Sequence record: MK408758.1
From: Campylobacter phage CP20
DNA length: 24,000 bases
Strand: one strand, 5' to 3'
This document shows, in pieces, positions 1-9,023 of the stretch. The notes beneath the pieces were generated by a model. That model ran no database searches. It had not been told where the DNA came from and was given only the letters and a program-made list of their open reading frames with translations. The translations under genes were made by a program, and so were the position numbers. The first letter of the stretch is position 1; each line of letters opens with the position of its first letter.

Positions 1-77
1 AATTACTAAAATGTTAGCTCTTTAGCTTTAAATTTCAAATTTTAATATATAATATAATCATAATAAAAAGATTTATA

Positions 78-2273
78 ATGTTAAGTAAAGAAGAAATAAA
101 ATATTTTCAAACACATAAAAATGAAATAACAGATGAACTCTTAGAAACCATTAGAGCTCAAGGAAAACTAGGAAAAGCACAAGCCTTAGAAATCTTAGAT
201 TTGCCTAAAGACTCTGATAACTATTACTTAGATGCGTATAATACGAGAATTAGTTATAATGGATCTCGTGGTCTTAAAAAAGCTTACACAAAATTAAACT
301 TAAGTCCGATACATATTAGCGAGCTTGAAAAATGTGCGAACGACCCACTTTATTTCTTAAGAAATTATGTTCGAATGACTACACCAAAGGGTTTTGATTT
401 CGTAGATTCTAGGCCATACCAGGATGAATTTATACAATTACTAAGTGACGATTCTATAGAAAATGTGATATCAATGCAGCCTCGTCAATGCATTGAAGCA
501 AATACTAAAATAAATGTAAATGGTAATGAAACTACTATTATTGAATTATTCAATAACCAAGAATCTAATAAAAGATTATATTTTAATAGTTCTAAGTTTA
601 TTGAAAGTTATGAATGTAAAGACAAATATGTAGAAACGCCTATAGGTAAAGTCAAAATTCTCGAAGTCCATAAAACTATTAAATACAATATTTTTGAGAT
701 AGAAACTGAAAATGGATTCAAGTTACAAGCATCTGAATTGCACGTATTAATAGACGAAAATGGTAATGAATTATATGTCAAAGATTGTTTAAATAAGGTG
801 ATTAAAACAAAATCAGGACCTTCTAAAATAATATCTAAAACATTTATAAAATATGATCATTGTTATGATTTAACTTTAGAGCATCATCACCTTTATTACA
901 CCAATGGTGTTTTAAGTCATAATTCATCTAAATCAACTACAACAAGTGTAAAACTTGCGCATTTATACTGTTTTAAGAAAGATATCAACATAGGCATAGT
1001 TGCTTACAGTGGTAACTCGGCACGAGAGTTCTTAGACAAAACAAAGAAAATGTTGATAGGCTTACCGATATGGATGCAACCCGGGACAGTTACCTGGAAT
1101 AAAGGCTCTATAGAATGTGAAAATAATATAAAGATTTTAACGGACGTACCAAGTTCGGACGCATTCCGCGGAACGTCCACAAATATAATCGTTGTAGATG
1201 AATGTGCATATTTAGATCCTGCCGGATGGATAGATTTCACTGACGGTGTTTTACCATCACAAGCTGGTTTAGCTTTCAAAAAATTAGTCATTTTATCTAC
1301 ACCTAAAGGTAAGAATCATTTCTACGATATTTGGCAAGGTGCTGGCGACACTTTAGAAACTTCTATTAATGGATTTGTGAGACACAGAGTAGATTGGAGA
1401 TTAGTCCCAAGGTTCAAATCTGATGGTACTAAGTACGACCCTGAAGAATTCAAACAACAACAAATTAAAACCGGTGGTTTAGTTGTTTGGAATTCTGCAT
1501 ATGAATGTAAATTTGAAGGTTCTGCAATGACATTGATACCTAGTGAAATATTAGATACTTATAAACCACAAGAACCAATAGAAGTTGATAATATTAAGGA
1601 TTCTAAAATACTAATATACGAAGAACCAATACCCGGGCATAAATACGTTATGGGTGTTGACACTGCTAAAGAAGGTGCTGATTTTACTGGAGTTCAAATA
1701 TTCGATATTACAGATTTAAATTTCAGACAAGTAGCATCAGCAAAACTTAAAATAGATTATATGTTATTACCAGAGTTACTCAATGAGTATGGTTTAAGGT
1801 TCAATCAAGCTTTAATAATTGTAGAAAATAATGAAGGTTCTGGTCAAGTGGTTGCTGATATTCTCAAAAGAGATTATGAATATGAGAACTTATATTATGA
1901 TGTCAATAAACAAAAACAAAGATTAAAATATCCTGGGTTTAGAACTACAAAATTATCTAGGGATGTTATTTTACAAACTGTAGCAACCTTAGCACAAGCT
2001 AATAAATTATTATTAGTAGATAAAGAAACTATTAAAGAATTTGGTGTATTCACATTAAACGATAATGGTAAATATCAAGCAGCTGTAGGATATCACGATG
2101 ATTTAGTGATGGCTTGTTGTCTATGTTTTGGTATTTTTACAAATGTTAAGAACTTTGAAGATATGAAAGAAATAGTAGATTCTTTAAAAAGTGCCGAAGG
2201 AAAAAGTTTTGAGTATTTAACATTTGGGGCTTTTGCAGATGGTTTAGATGTAGAACCAGATTCTAACACCTAA
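78..2273 (+). CDS. Phage terminase large subunit (T4 gp17-like), containing an in-frame intein
   Basis: Extein carries ATPase and nuclease motifs: PRQ/SSKSTTTS (Walker A split by the intein), IIVVDECAYLD (Walker B), ILSTPKG (motif III), GVDTAKEGADFTG, VENNEGSGQ and YHDDLVMA (RNase H-fold nuclease acidic residues). Confidence 0.93.
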   Translation: MLSKEEIKYFQTHKNEITDELLETIRAQGKLGKAQALEILDLPKDSDNYYLDAYNTRISYNGSRGLKKAYTKLNLSPIHISELEKCANDPLYFLRNYVRMTTPKGFDFVDSRPYQDEFIQLLSDDSIENVISMQPRQCIEANTKINVNGNETTIIELFNNQESNKRLYFNSSKFIESYECKDKYVETPIGKVKILEVHKTIKYNIFEIETENGFKLQASELHVLIDENGNELYVKDCLNKVIKTKSGPSKIISKTFIKYDHCYDLTLEHHHLYYTNGVLSHNSSKSTTTSVKLAHLYCFKKDINIGIVAYSGNSAREFLDKTKKMLIGLPIWMQPGTVTWNKGSIECENNIKILTDVPSSDAFRGTSTNIIVVDECAYLDPAGWIDFTDGVLPSQAGLAFKKLVILSTPKGKNHFYDIWQGAGDTLETSINGFVRHRVDWRLVPRFKSDGTKYDPEEFKQQQIKTGGLVVWNSAYECKFEGSAMTLIPSEILDTYKPQEPIEVDNIKDSKILIYEEPIPGHKYVMGVDTAKEGADFTGVQIFDITDLNFRQVASAKLKIDYMLLPELLNEYGLRFNQALIIVENNEGSGQVVADILKRDYEYENLYYDVNKQKQRLKYPGFRTTKLSRDVILQTVATLAQANKLLLVDKETIKEFGVFTLNDNGKYQAAVGYHDDLVMACCLCFGIFTNVKNFEDMKEIVDSLKSAEGKSFEYLTFGAFADGLDVEPDSNT
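489..923 (+). mobile_element. Mini-intein (about 145 aa, no endonuclease domain) within terminase
   Basis: Begins with Cys (CIEANTKINV, block A), block B-like ENGFKLQASELHVL (SxxH), block F-like YDLTLEHHHLYYTNGVLSHN ending in His-Asn, followed by +1 Ser. Removal restores a continuous TerL ATPase motif MQPRQSSKSTTTS. Confidence 0.9.
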
Positions 2274-2325
2274 TAAAGATTACAATCTCAGTAATTTGGA
2301 ATATTATTAAAATTTTGGATTCTAA

Positions 2326-3060
2326 ATGAAAGAATATATTAAATATAATGATAGAAAATTTATTTTAACAGCATATAAAGTTAAAACCGAACGTGACTTA
2401 CTATTAACTGCAAGTTCAGATGATACTACATACAGTAAAGATCTAAATGATTTAAATTTAGATATTTACTTAAGAATCTTAGAACCTTATATAGATTCTA
2501 ATATAAACATTTATAATTTATATCCGGAAGAAAAATTATTTTTACTTTATAGATTAAGAGCAACTTCAGTTTCTGACCAATTATCTTTAAATACTAGGTG
2601 TGATTGTGGCTGCACTTTCAAATCTAACATAGATTTGGGTAAAATTGGAGAACTACATAGTATTGATACAAATATATATCCAGATTTGAAAGACGTTTAT
2701 AGCCCAAATTTAGCCGATATATACGGTGATTCTTACTTAGAATCTAACATTATGGATTGTGATTCAGAATTAGATACGTATTTAGAAGCTAATACTACTA
2801 AATTTAACTTTATTAAAGTTGTTAAATGTTATAATTGTAAGAAAGACCTTGAAATTGATTTAACAAACCCAGAAATATATAAAAATATATTTTCAGAGAA
2901 TCCTATAGGTGAGTTCTACAAAAGTTTAACAAGGTTATCATTTCTAGGTAAGTTTACCATAGATGGTATTTTAAATGATTTATATCCGTTTGAAAGAGAA
3001 ATCTTTATAAGTTTAATAAATGATGAAGTAGAAGAACAAAATAAAGCACTTAAAAAATAA
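2326..3060 (+). CDS. T4 gp26/gp51-like baseplate hub/assembly protein with CxC/CxxC zinc-like motifs
   Basis: LYPEEKLFLLYRLRATSVSDQLSLNTRCDCGCTFKSNIDL and KCYNCKKDLEIDL; architecture resembles T4 base plate proteins and the second copy at 12890-13570. Confidence 0.6.
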   Translation: MKEYIKYNDRKFILTAYKVKTERDLLLTASSDDTTYSKDLNDLNLDIYLRILEPYIDSNINIYNLYPEEKLFLLYRLRATSVSDQLSLNTRCDCGCTFKSNIDLGKIGELHSIDTNIYPDLKDVYSPNLADIYGDSYLESNIMDCDSELDTYLEANTTKFNFIKVVKCYNCKKDLEIDLTNPEIYKNIFSENPIGEFYKSLTRLSFLGKFTIDGILNDLYPFEREIFISLINDEVEEQNKALKK

Positions 3061-3079
3061 TCTTAGTCTTTAAGTGCTT
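3044..3079. terminator. Candidate bidirectional terminator hairpin between convergent genes
   Basis: Perfect 11-bp inverted repeat aagcacttaaa (3044-3054) / tttaagtgctt (3069-3079), 14-nt loop, located at the junction of convergent genes ending at 3060(+) and 3088(-). No strong T tract. Confidence 0.55.
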
Positions 3080-3087
3080 AGTGCAAG

Positions 3088-3507
3088 TTATTTTATATGT
3101 TTTTTGTCTGATCTATCCTTAATACTTTCATTGATTTCGGTAGTTATTTCAGATTTTAAGTCATTCTTGACTTCTGACTTAACTTCAGACTTTATAGCAT
3201 CCTTAACATCATTCTTAATATTTTCAGCAAGTTTAGCTAAATCTTTATTTTTTTGTTTTTCTTTGAGTTGATCAATAATAACTTCTGGTTTTTTAGAACA
3301 ACCAATTAAACTACCATTAAGATCTTGTTGTGGTGTTACATAATTTCCTGTTGATAAGTATAAAACACCGTCTACACAAACTTGATTAATTCTGGAATCT
3401 GAAGTTCCGCGAACTTCTTTACCTGTTTTATCACTGGAATAATCAGACCCACAGCCTATTACAAACAAAGCTGACAAAGCTATAACGAAGTATTTTAGAT
3501 TCTTCAT
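3088..3507 (-). CDS. Small predicted lipoprotein with coiled-coil/charged C-terminus
   Basis: N-terminal signal MKNLKYFVIALSALFVIGC with lipobox VIGC; Lys/Glu/Ser-rich C-terminal repeat-like tail. Encoded opposite to the neighbouring genes. Confidence 0.6.
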   Translation of the reverse strand: MKNLKYFVIALSALFVIGCGSDYSSDKTGKEVRGTSDSRINQVCVDGVLYLSTGNYVTPQQDLNGSLIGCSKKPEVIIDQLKEKQKNKDLAKLAENIKNDVKDAIKSEVKSEVKNDLKSEITTEINESIKDRSDKKHIK

Positions 3508-3568
3508 AGACCCTCTTTTAATATTATTTATGATTTTACGATTTTTGATTTAAAACTTTAGTTTCGAA

Positions 3569-3601
3569 TTAAGATACTTTTAAGATATTTTACAATATAA
3601 T
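3569..3601 (+). promoter_or_regulatory. Promoter-like element, copy 1 (TTAAG-N6-TTAAG-N11-TATAAT)
   Basis: ttaagatacttttaagatattttacaatataat upstream of RBS aaaggag and ORF 3621. Confidence 0.7.
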
Positions 3602-3620
3602 TATTATAAAGGAGTTTAAA

Positions 3621-3809
3621 ATGAAAGAATTTTTTTATAATTTAATAGCTCAAATCAAAGGACTCAAAATACATAAAAATGAAAAAGATACTTGGTATTT
3701 AAAATGGGATTTAAACACTGGATATTATATAGAAGGTCTAAATACTAAACGCAGACTATATTGTGGTGGCTATTCTGACAGTTTAAACAAAATAAAATAT
3801 TTGTATTGA
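3621..3809 (+). CDS. Hypothetical 62-aa protein
   Basis: ORF with upstream RBS (aaaggag) and promoter-like element; no recognised domain. Confidence 0.6.
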   Translation: MKEFFYNLIAQIKGLKIHKNEKDTWYLKWDLNTGYYIEGLNTKRRLYCGGYSDSLNKIKYLY

Positions 3810-3838
3810 AGCTTTGTGTTAGTTCGAATACTAAAACG

Positions 3839-3871
3839 TTAAGATACTTTTAAGATATTTTATAATATAAT
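3839..3871 (+). promoter_or_regulatory. Promoter-like element, copy 2 (TTAAG-N6-TTAAG-N11-TATAAT)
   Basis: ttaagatacttttaagatattttataatataat, one mismatch to copy 1, upstream of the topoisomerase gene. Confidence 0.7.
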
Positions 3872-3888
3872 TACACAAAGGAGATATA

Positions 3889-5400
3889 ATGATCAAAAAA
3901 TTAACCGATAGAGAACACATTCTAAAAAGACCTAGTATGTATATAGGTGCTATCGATTCTACAAATACTGAAGATTTTATCATAGAATCTGGTAAAATTA
4001 AATATACTACTTTGAATTATGTACCCGGTTTAATTAAAATAATCAATGAGATTATCGATAATTCAGTAGATGCTGCAATTAGATCTAAATTTAAATCTGG
4101 CTTAAATATCAGTGTTAAAATATCTAATGATACTGTTAGCATTGAAGATGATGGAACTGGCATACCAGTAATAAAATCAGGTGATCACTATATGCCAGAA
4201 CTAGCTTGGAATCACGCTAAAGCAGGTTCTAACTTCGATGATGATGCTAATCGTGTAACAATAGGTACCAACGGAGTTGGAAGTTATTGTACAAATGTTT
4301 GGAGTATTAATTTTAAAGGTATTACAGACGATGGTAAAAATAGATATATTTTTAAATCTAAAAACAATGCTGAAACTTATAGTGAAAATATAGAAGCTTC
4401 TAAAAAATCAGGAACTTTAGTAGAATTTAAACCAGATTTAGAAAGATTTAATCTTAAAGAAATTGATGAAACACATAAGAATATAATCTATCAAAGATTA
4501 TTAAACTTAGCTATTTGTTACCCAGAAATTAATTTTAAATTTAATTCTAAGAAAATAGATTTTAAATCTTTTAAGAATTATTTAAATATGTTTAGTTCAG
4601 ATTTTGAACTATATGAAAACCAAAATATTAAAATTGGTATAATCCCAAATGAATTGGATGACTTTAAACAATTTAGTTTTGTTAATGGTTTAAAAATACC
4701 AGACGGTGGTGTCCACATAGATACTATTATGAGTAACGTAGTTCAAGGTATAAGAGACAAATTAGTTAAAAAATATAAAAGTATTAAACCTGGCGATATT
4801 AAAAATAAATTAATGATTGTTTGTTTTATTAATGGAATGCCAAATCTTAAATTTAATTCGCAATCTAAAGAAAAAATTACAAACTCAGTAAAAGAATTTA
4901 ATGATTTTTCTAATATAGATTATAATTTTATCAATAAAATTCTTAAAAATAAATCTATTATAGATCCTATTATAGACATATATAAAGTTAAAGAAGCTTT
5001 AAATGCAGATAAAGCTCTTAAGAGTGTAGAAAAATCTAAGAAGTTAAAATCTGAAAAATATTTTAGAGCTACAAAAAGCCAAAAATATCTTTGTATTTGC
5101 GAAGGATTTTCTGCGTATGGTGGTATATCACAAGTTCTTGGAAATGAACATACGAGCTTCTATGTTCTTAAAGGCAAACCATTAAATTCTTGGGATGTTA
5201 CCAATCAAAAATTTGCAGCCAATCGTGAATTATCTGAATTATACCAAATACTTTCCGAGAACGCAGAATTTGAAGATCTGCAAGACGGCAAGTTTTACGA
5301 GATTAAAATTGATGGTAAAACTTATATCATGAATGAAAATGATACAATTGAAATTAATAATATTAAATATAATTTCGAAGATCTACAAAAAGGATTGTAA
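3889..5400 (+). CDS. DNA topoisomerase II large subunit (T4 gp39-like; GHKL ATPase, transducer and start of Toprim)
   Basis: RPSMYIGAID, NEIIDNSVDAA, EDDGTGIPV, GTNGVGSYCTNV (GHKL motifs); LCICEGFSA...LKGKPLNSWDV (N-terminal Toprim part). Confidence 0.92.
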   Translation: MIKKLTDREHILKRPSMYIGAIDSTNTEDFIIESGKIKYTTLNYVPGLIKIINEIIDNSVDAAIRSKFKSGLNISVKISNDTVSIEDDGTGIPVIKSGDHYMPELAWNHAKAGSNFDDDANRVTIGTNGVGSYCTNVWSINFKGITDDGKNRYIFKSKNNAETYSENIEASKKSGTLVEFKPDLERFNLKEIDETHKNIIYQRLLNLAICYPEINFKFNSKKIDFKSFKNYLNMFSSDFELYENQNIKIGIIPNELDDFKQFSFVNGLKIPDGGVHIDTIMSNVVQGIRDKLVKKYKSIKPGDIKNKLMIVCFINGMPNLKFNSQSKEKITNSVKEFNDFSNIDYNFINKILKNKSIIDPIIDIYKVKEALNADKALKSVEKSKKLKSEKYFRATKSQKYLCICEGFSAYGGISQVLGNEHTSFYVLKGKPLNSWDVTNQKFAANRELSELYQILSENAEFEDLQDGKFYEIKIDGKTYIMNENDTIEINNIKYNFEDLQKGL

Positions 5401-5933
5401 TGAGACCAATCAGAATAGCAATTTCAGGAGCTCAATGTTCTGGTAAAACTACATTAATTAATTTAATGAAGAAACACAGTTATTTTAAGAATTTTGATTT
5501 CATAGAATCATTTTCTAATAAAATAGCTAAAACAAACAAGAAACACTCAGAAAATACAAACTTGGTGACTCAGTTACAAATGTTGTATTATAGTATAAGT
5601 GCTTTAAAAAGTATAAGCATACCTACTGTACACGATAGGTGTATTTTAGATGTTATAGTATATACAGGTATTAACAAAGACATCGATTTAAGATTATTCA
5701 CAGATTCTTTAATAAAATATTATAAACAGTTCGATTTTATTTTTGTTTTAGATTCTGAAAATATACCATTAGAATCAAATGGTGTTAGATCAATAGATCC
5801 TGAATTTAGATCTAAAATAAACAATATTTTTAAGAAAGTAGATTTAGAAAACGTCGTTCACTTAGATTCTAAATTAGATCCAGATTCTAGGATATTAAAA
5901 ATAATTGAAACTATAAAATCTAAAACTAATTAA
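5400..5933 (+). CDS. P-loop nucleotide/nucleoside kinase-like ATPase (AAA_28/NadR kinase-like)
   Basis: ISGAQCSGKTTL Walker A, DRCILDV, FDFIFVLD; stop/start overlap with upstream topoisomerase gene (taatg). Confidence 0.65.
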   Translation: MRPIRIAISGAQCSGKTTLINLMKKHSYFKNFDFIESFSNKIAKTNKKHSENTNLVTQLQMLYYSISALKSISIPTVHDRCILDVIVYTGINKDIDLRLFTDSLIKYYKQFDFIFVLDSENIPLESNGVRSIDPEFRSKINNIFKKVDLENVVHLDSKLDPDSRILKIIETIKSKTN

Positions 5934-5944
5934 TAGGAGAAACA

Positions 5945-6403
5945 ATGGATTTAAATCTTTACATACACAAAACAAACGAAGCTGCAGTAATACCGGAAAT
6001 TGCTTATAATGGGACTTCAGCAGCATTTGATATTACTTGTACTGAAACAACTGAAATTAAACCAGGAGAATCAAAAGTAGTTCCAAACGGACTAAGAATT
6101 TCAATCGATGAAAAAGATCCTTTTTATATGACAGTACATTTAAGAAGTTCTTTAGGTTTCAAAAAAGACCTAATTCCACATATTGGTATCATTGATGCTG
6201 GTTATACTGGTGATTTTGGAGTTAAAATTAATAATATTGGTAAAGAACCTATAGTTATTGAAAAAGGATCTCGTTACGCACAAGTTTTAATTCATAGAAA
6301 ATATAGTTTTAAGTTCGTTGAACTCAATGATGCTGAATTCAAGGATTTTGAAGCTAAGCAAGAAAGGGGTTCTAAAGGATTTGGGTCAAGTGGTAAATCT
6401 TAA
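5945..6403 (+). CDS. dut: dUTP diphosphatase (trimeric dUTPase)
   Basis: Motifs AAFDITC, RSSLGF, HIGIIDAGYTGDFGVKINNIG, KGSRYAQVLI and C-terminal RGSKGFGSSG. Confidence 0.92.
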   Translation: MDLNLYIHKTNEAAVIPEIAYNGTSAAFDITCTETTEIKPGESKVVPNGLRISIDEKDPFYMTVHLRSSLGFKKDLIPHIGIIDAGYTGDFGVKINNIGKEPIVIEKGSRYAQVLIHRKYSFKFVELNDAEFKDFEAKQERGSKGFGSSGKS

Positions 6404-6444
6404 AAGATTTACTCATTTTAATAATTCTTAATAAGGATTTAAGT

Positions 6445-6687
6445 ATGAATACAATAAAATTTTATCATAGACAAAAGGAATATGTCGTTCAATCTCAAAA
6501 TATTAATCAACACACATTTAATAAGAACTATAATAAAGTTCTAGCATTATTAAATGAAAATGAAATTAAATCTATTAATGAATGTGAATTAATACCAGCT
6601 GGTAAAACTGATATTTTAAAATTATCTGCAATGGGTGGTGATGGGTTAATACAAGAGTTTGAATTAAGATTAGAAAACGTTTACTAA
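6445..6687 (+). CDS. Hypothetical 80-aa protein
   Basis: ORF in a tightly packed co-directional cluster; no recognised domain. Confidence 0.5.
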   Translation: MNTIKFYHRQKEYVVQSQNINQHTFNKNYNKVLALLNENEIKSINECELIPAGKTDILKLSAMGGDGLIQEFELRLENVY

Positions 6688-6699
6688 TAGGAGATATAG

Positions 6700-7776
6700 G
6701 TGTTAGACTTTGTAGATATTAAGTATTTTAAGTTAGCAGTTCCTGGCCCTTATAAAGAAAGTTCTTTGGATATTGCTGTTAAATGTCCAATTTGCGGAGA
6801 CTCAAAATATAAAAAATCTGTTAAAAGACTACACCTATATGAAAAACAAGGAGTTACTTTAGTCCATTGTTTTAATGGTGATTGTGAATTAAATACTCAA
6901 ATGAGTTTAAGTAATTTCTTAAAGATTTATAAACCAGAATTATTATTGCCGTATAAATCAGAGAATTTTAAATTTAAAATTAATTCAATTGATTCTAGTG
7001 CCAAATCTAACATAGAAAGTAATAATGAAATAGAGACTATGAAGTCTTGTTTTGATTCTAGTGCTAGCAATACTAGCGATTCTAATGAATCTAGCAATAC
7101 AAGTATTGAAAACATTGCTAGCTCTACTAGCATTGAAAGCGCCAACAATGAGTTCAAATATATTAACTTAACTTCAGTGTTAGACACTAATACAAGTAAA
7201 CAAATAGAGTTTTTAAAATCTCGTGGGTTTAACGATGATACTATTAACTTTTTAGATTTCTATAATGGAACTAAATCTTTTAATTTAAATGGTGTTTATT
7301 ATGGAATCAAAGACTATCTTGTAATTCCATTTTCTAAAGACTCTAATTATTATGGATTCTATGCAAGATCTTTAACTGAAAAAAGATTTATTAATTTTAC
7401 ATTGAATCAAAATTATGGAGTTTGGAATCTATTTAATGTTGATTTAAATAAACCAGTTTTTATATTTGAAGCTATTCTCGATGCTTTGTCTTTTAGACAA
7501 ACATACAGAACTAATCAAATAATAGCTTTAAATACTTCCACAATAGCAAAGAATGTTTTAGATTTAATAAAGTACCCTTTCTTTTGTTTAGATAACGACA
7601 AAGTTGGAATTGAAAAAATGATAAAATATAATTCGATACCAAATAGTCATTTTATATGTTATCCAAATGATTTAACACAAAAAGATTTTAATGAAATGCT
7701 TCAAAATAATATTAAAATAGAACTTGTTTTTAAGAAAGGCTTCGGCGCTTTATTACATTTAAAATCTTTATTATGA
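6700..7776 (+). CDS. DNA primase (T4 gp61-like; Zn ribbon plus Toprim-type core)
   Basis: GTG start after gagatatagg; CPICGDSK...HCFNGDC zinc motif, YLVIPFSKDSNYYGFYAR, FIFEAILDALSF (EG-like acidic motif), FFCLDNDKVG. Confidence 0.85.
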   Translation: MLDFVDIKYFKLAVPGPYKESSLDIAVKCPICGDSKYKKSVKRLHLYEKQGVTLVHCFNGDCELNTQMSLSNFLKIYKPELLLPYKSENFKFKINSIDSSAKSNIESNNEIETMKSCFDSSASNTSDSNESSNTSIENIASSTSIESANNEFKYINLTSVLDTNTSKQIEFLKSRGFNDDTINFLDFYNGTKSFNLNGVYYGIKDYLVIPFSKDSNYYGFYARSLTEKRFINFTLNQNYGVWNLFNVDLNKPVFIFEAILDALSFRQTYRTNQIIALNTSTIAKNVLDLIKYPFFCLDNDKVGIEKMIKYNSIPNSHFICYPNDLTQKDFNEMLQNNIKIELVFKKGFGALLHLKSLL

Positions 7777-7805
7777 TTTTAATTATAAATAAAAAGGATA
7801 ACAAA

Positions 7806-9023
7806 ATGGTAAAAAGACAAAAGAGTACCGAAAATATAGTACTTAATTTTCCATCCAAAAATTGTGTATTAAAGGAAGTTCCGTCAAAAGGTGAGAAAAA
7901 TAATGAGATTTTCTTTGATAATATTTTAAATAAAAATGAAATAGACACACTTTTCAGTCCAAAAGTTTTAGGGAGTTTTGAATTAATTGGCGACGGTGAT
8001 TTGAAAACCACTCTTAAAAATAATCCTAATTTATTAATAAAAGGTGACAATTTAATTGGCTTACATTCTTTAAAAAAGAAATTTGTGAATAAAGTTAAAC
8101 TTATCTATATTGACCCACCTTATAATACAGGCAATACTAGTTTTAATTATAACGACAAATTTAAACACACTACTTGGCTTACTTTTATGAAAAATCGCCT
8201 TGAAATTGCTAGAGAATTTTTAAGAGATGATGGTGTAATATTCGTTCAATGTGACGATAATGAACAAGCATATTTAAAAGTACTTATGGATGAGATATTT
8301 GGTAGAGAGAATTTTGTTAATTGTATTGTAGTCAAGATGAACGAATCTAAAGGATTAAAAAATGCTAATTGTCATAAAAAATTACCGAAAAATAAAGAAT
8401 ACATTCTACTTTATAAAAAACAAGATAATAAATCTGTATTAAAACAAATTAGATTAAAAAAATCACAAAATAAATTATCATCATATATTAAATTTTATAA
8501 CAAATACATCCCAAATATTGAGAGCGATTATAAAGAATGGGAAATAAAATATTTTGATCCAAAATTAAATAAACAAGATTATTTTAAAAACTTGATATAT
8601 TTAGTAAAACCTGATAATAACATTAATATTAATATGAAAGAAGGGACTTTTGAAAAAATAATAAATTCAAAAGGTAAAACACATTATTATTATATGAATA
8701 ATGGTGTAATTATGAAAGTTTTGTTTTTAAATGAAAATCTTGATTATACTTTAGGTGATTTATGGACAGACATATCTACAATTAACATTTGTAAAGAAGG
8801 ACTGAAAACAACTATTAAAAATGGACAAAAACCTGAAGCATTATTACAAAGAATTATAGAATCAAGTACAAATGAAAACGACATAGTAATGGATTTTTTT
8901 GCGGGAAGTGGCACTACTCTAGCCGTTGCTCATAAAATGAAACGCAAATGGATAGGCATAGAACAAATGGATTATATAGAAACTATCACAAAAGAAAGAC
9001 TCAAAAAAAGTCATAGAAGGTGA
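7806..9023 (+). pseudogene. Type III Mod-like N6-adenine DNA methyltransferase, N-terminal/catalytic portion; gene frameshifted
   Basis: LIYIDPPYNTGN (motif IV), DIVMDFFAGSGTTLAVAHKMKRKWIGIEQ (motif I). Likely true start at ATG 7806 (MVKRQK) after aaaaaggata. Frame broken after ctc-aaaaaaa-g at 9000-9010. Confidence 0.85.

Noticed and set aside
20-58. TTAAG-N11-TATAAT element upstream of terminase
   Set aside because: TATAAT hexamers exist at 48-53 and 53-58 but no TTAAG-like half-site sits at the 11-nt spacing, so it was not counted as a member of the element family.
1004-1291. Minus-strand 95-aa ORF
   Set aside because: Lies entirely antisense to conserved terminase ATPase coding sequence; no RBS or domain support.
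3074-3271. Plus-strand 65-aa Leu/Ser/Phe-rich ORF
   Set aside because: Mirror of the Lys/Asp/Ser-rich lipoprotein tail on the opposite strand; low-complexity artefact.
6927-7187. Minus-strand 86-aa Leu-rich ORF
   Set aside because: Antisense of the Ser/Asn-rich primase linker; composition artefact.
7730-8050. Minus-strand 106-aa ORF
   Set aside because: Antisense across the primase end and methyltransferase start; no independent support.
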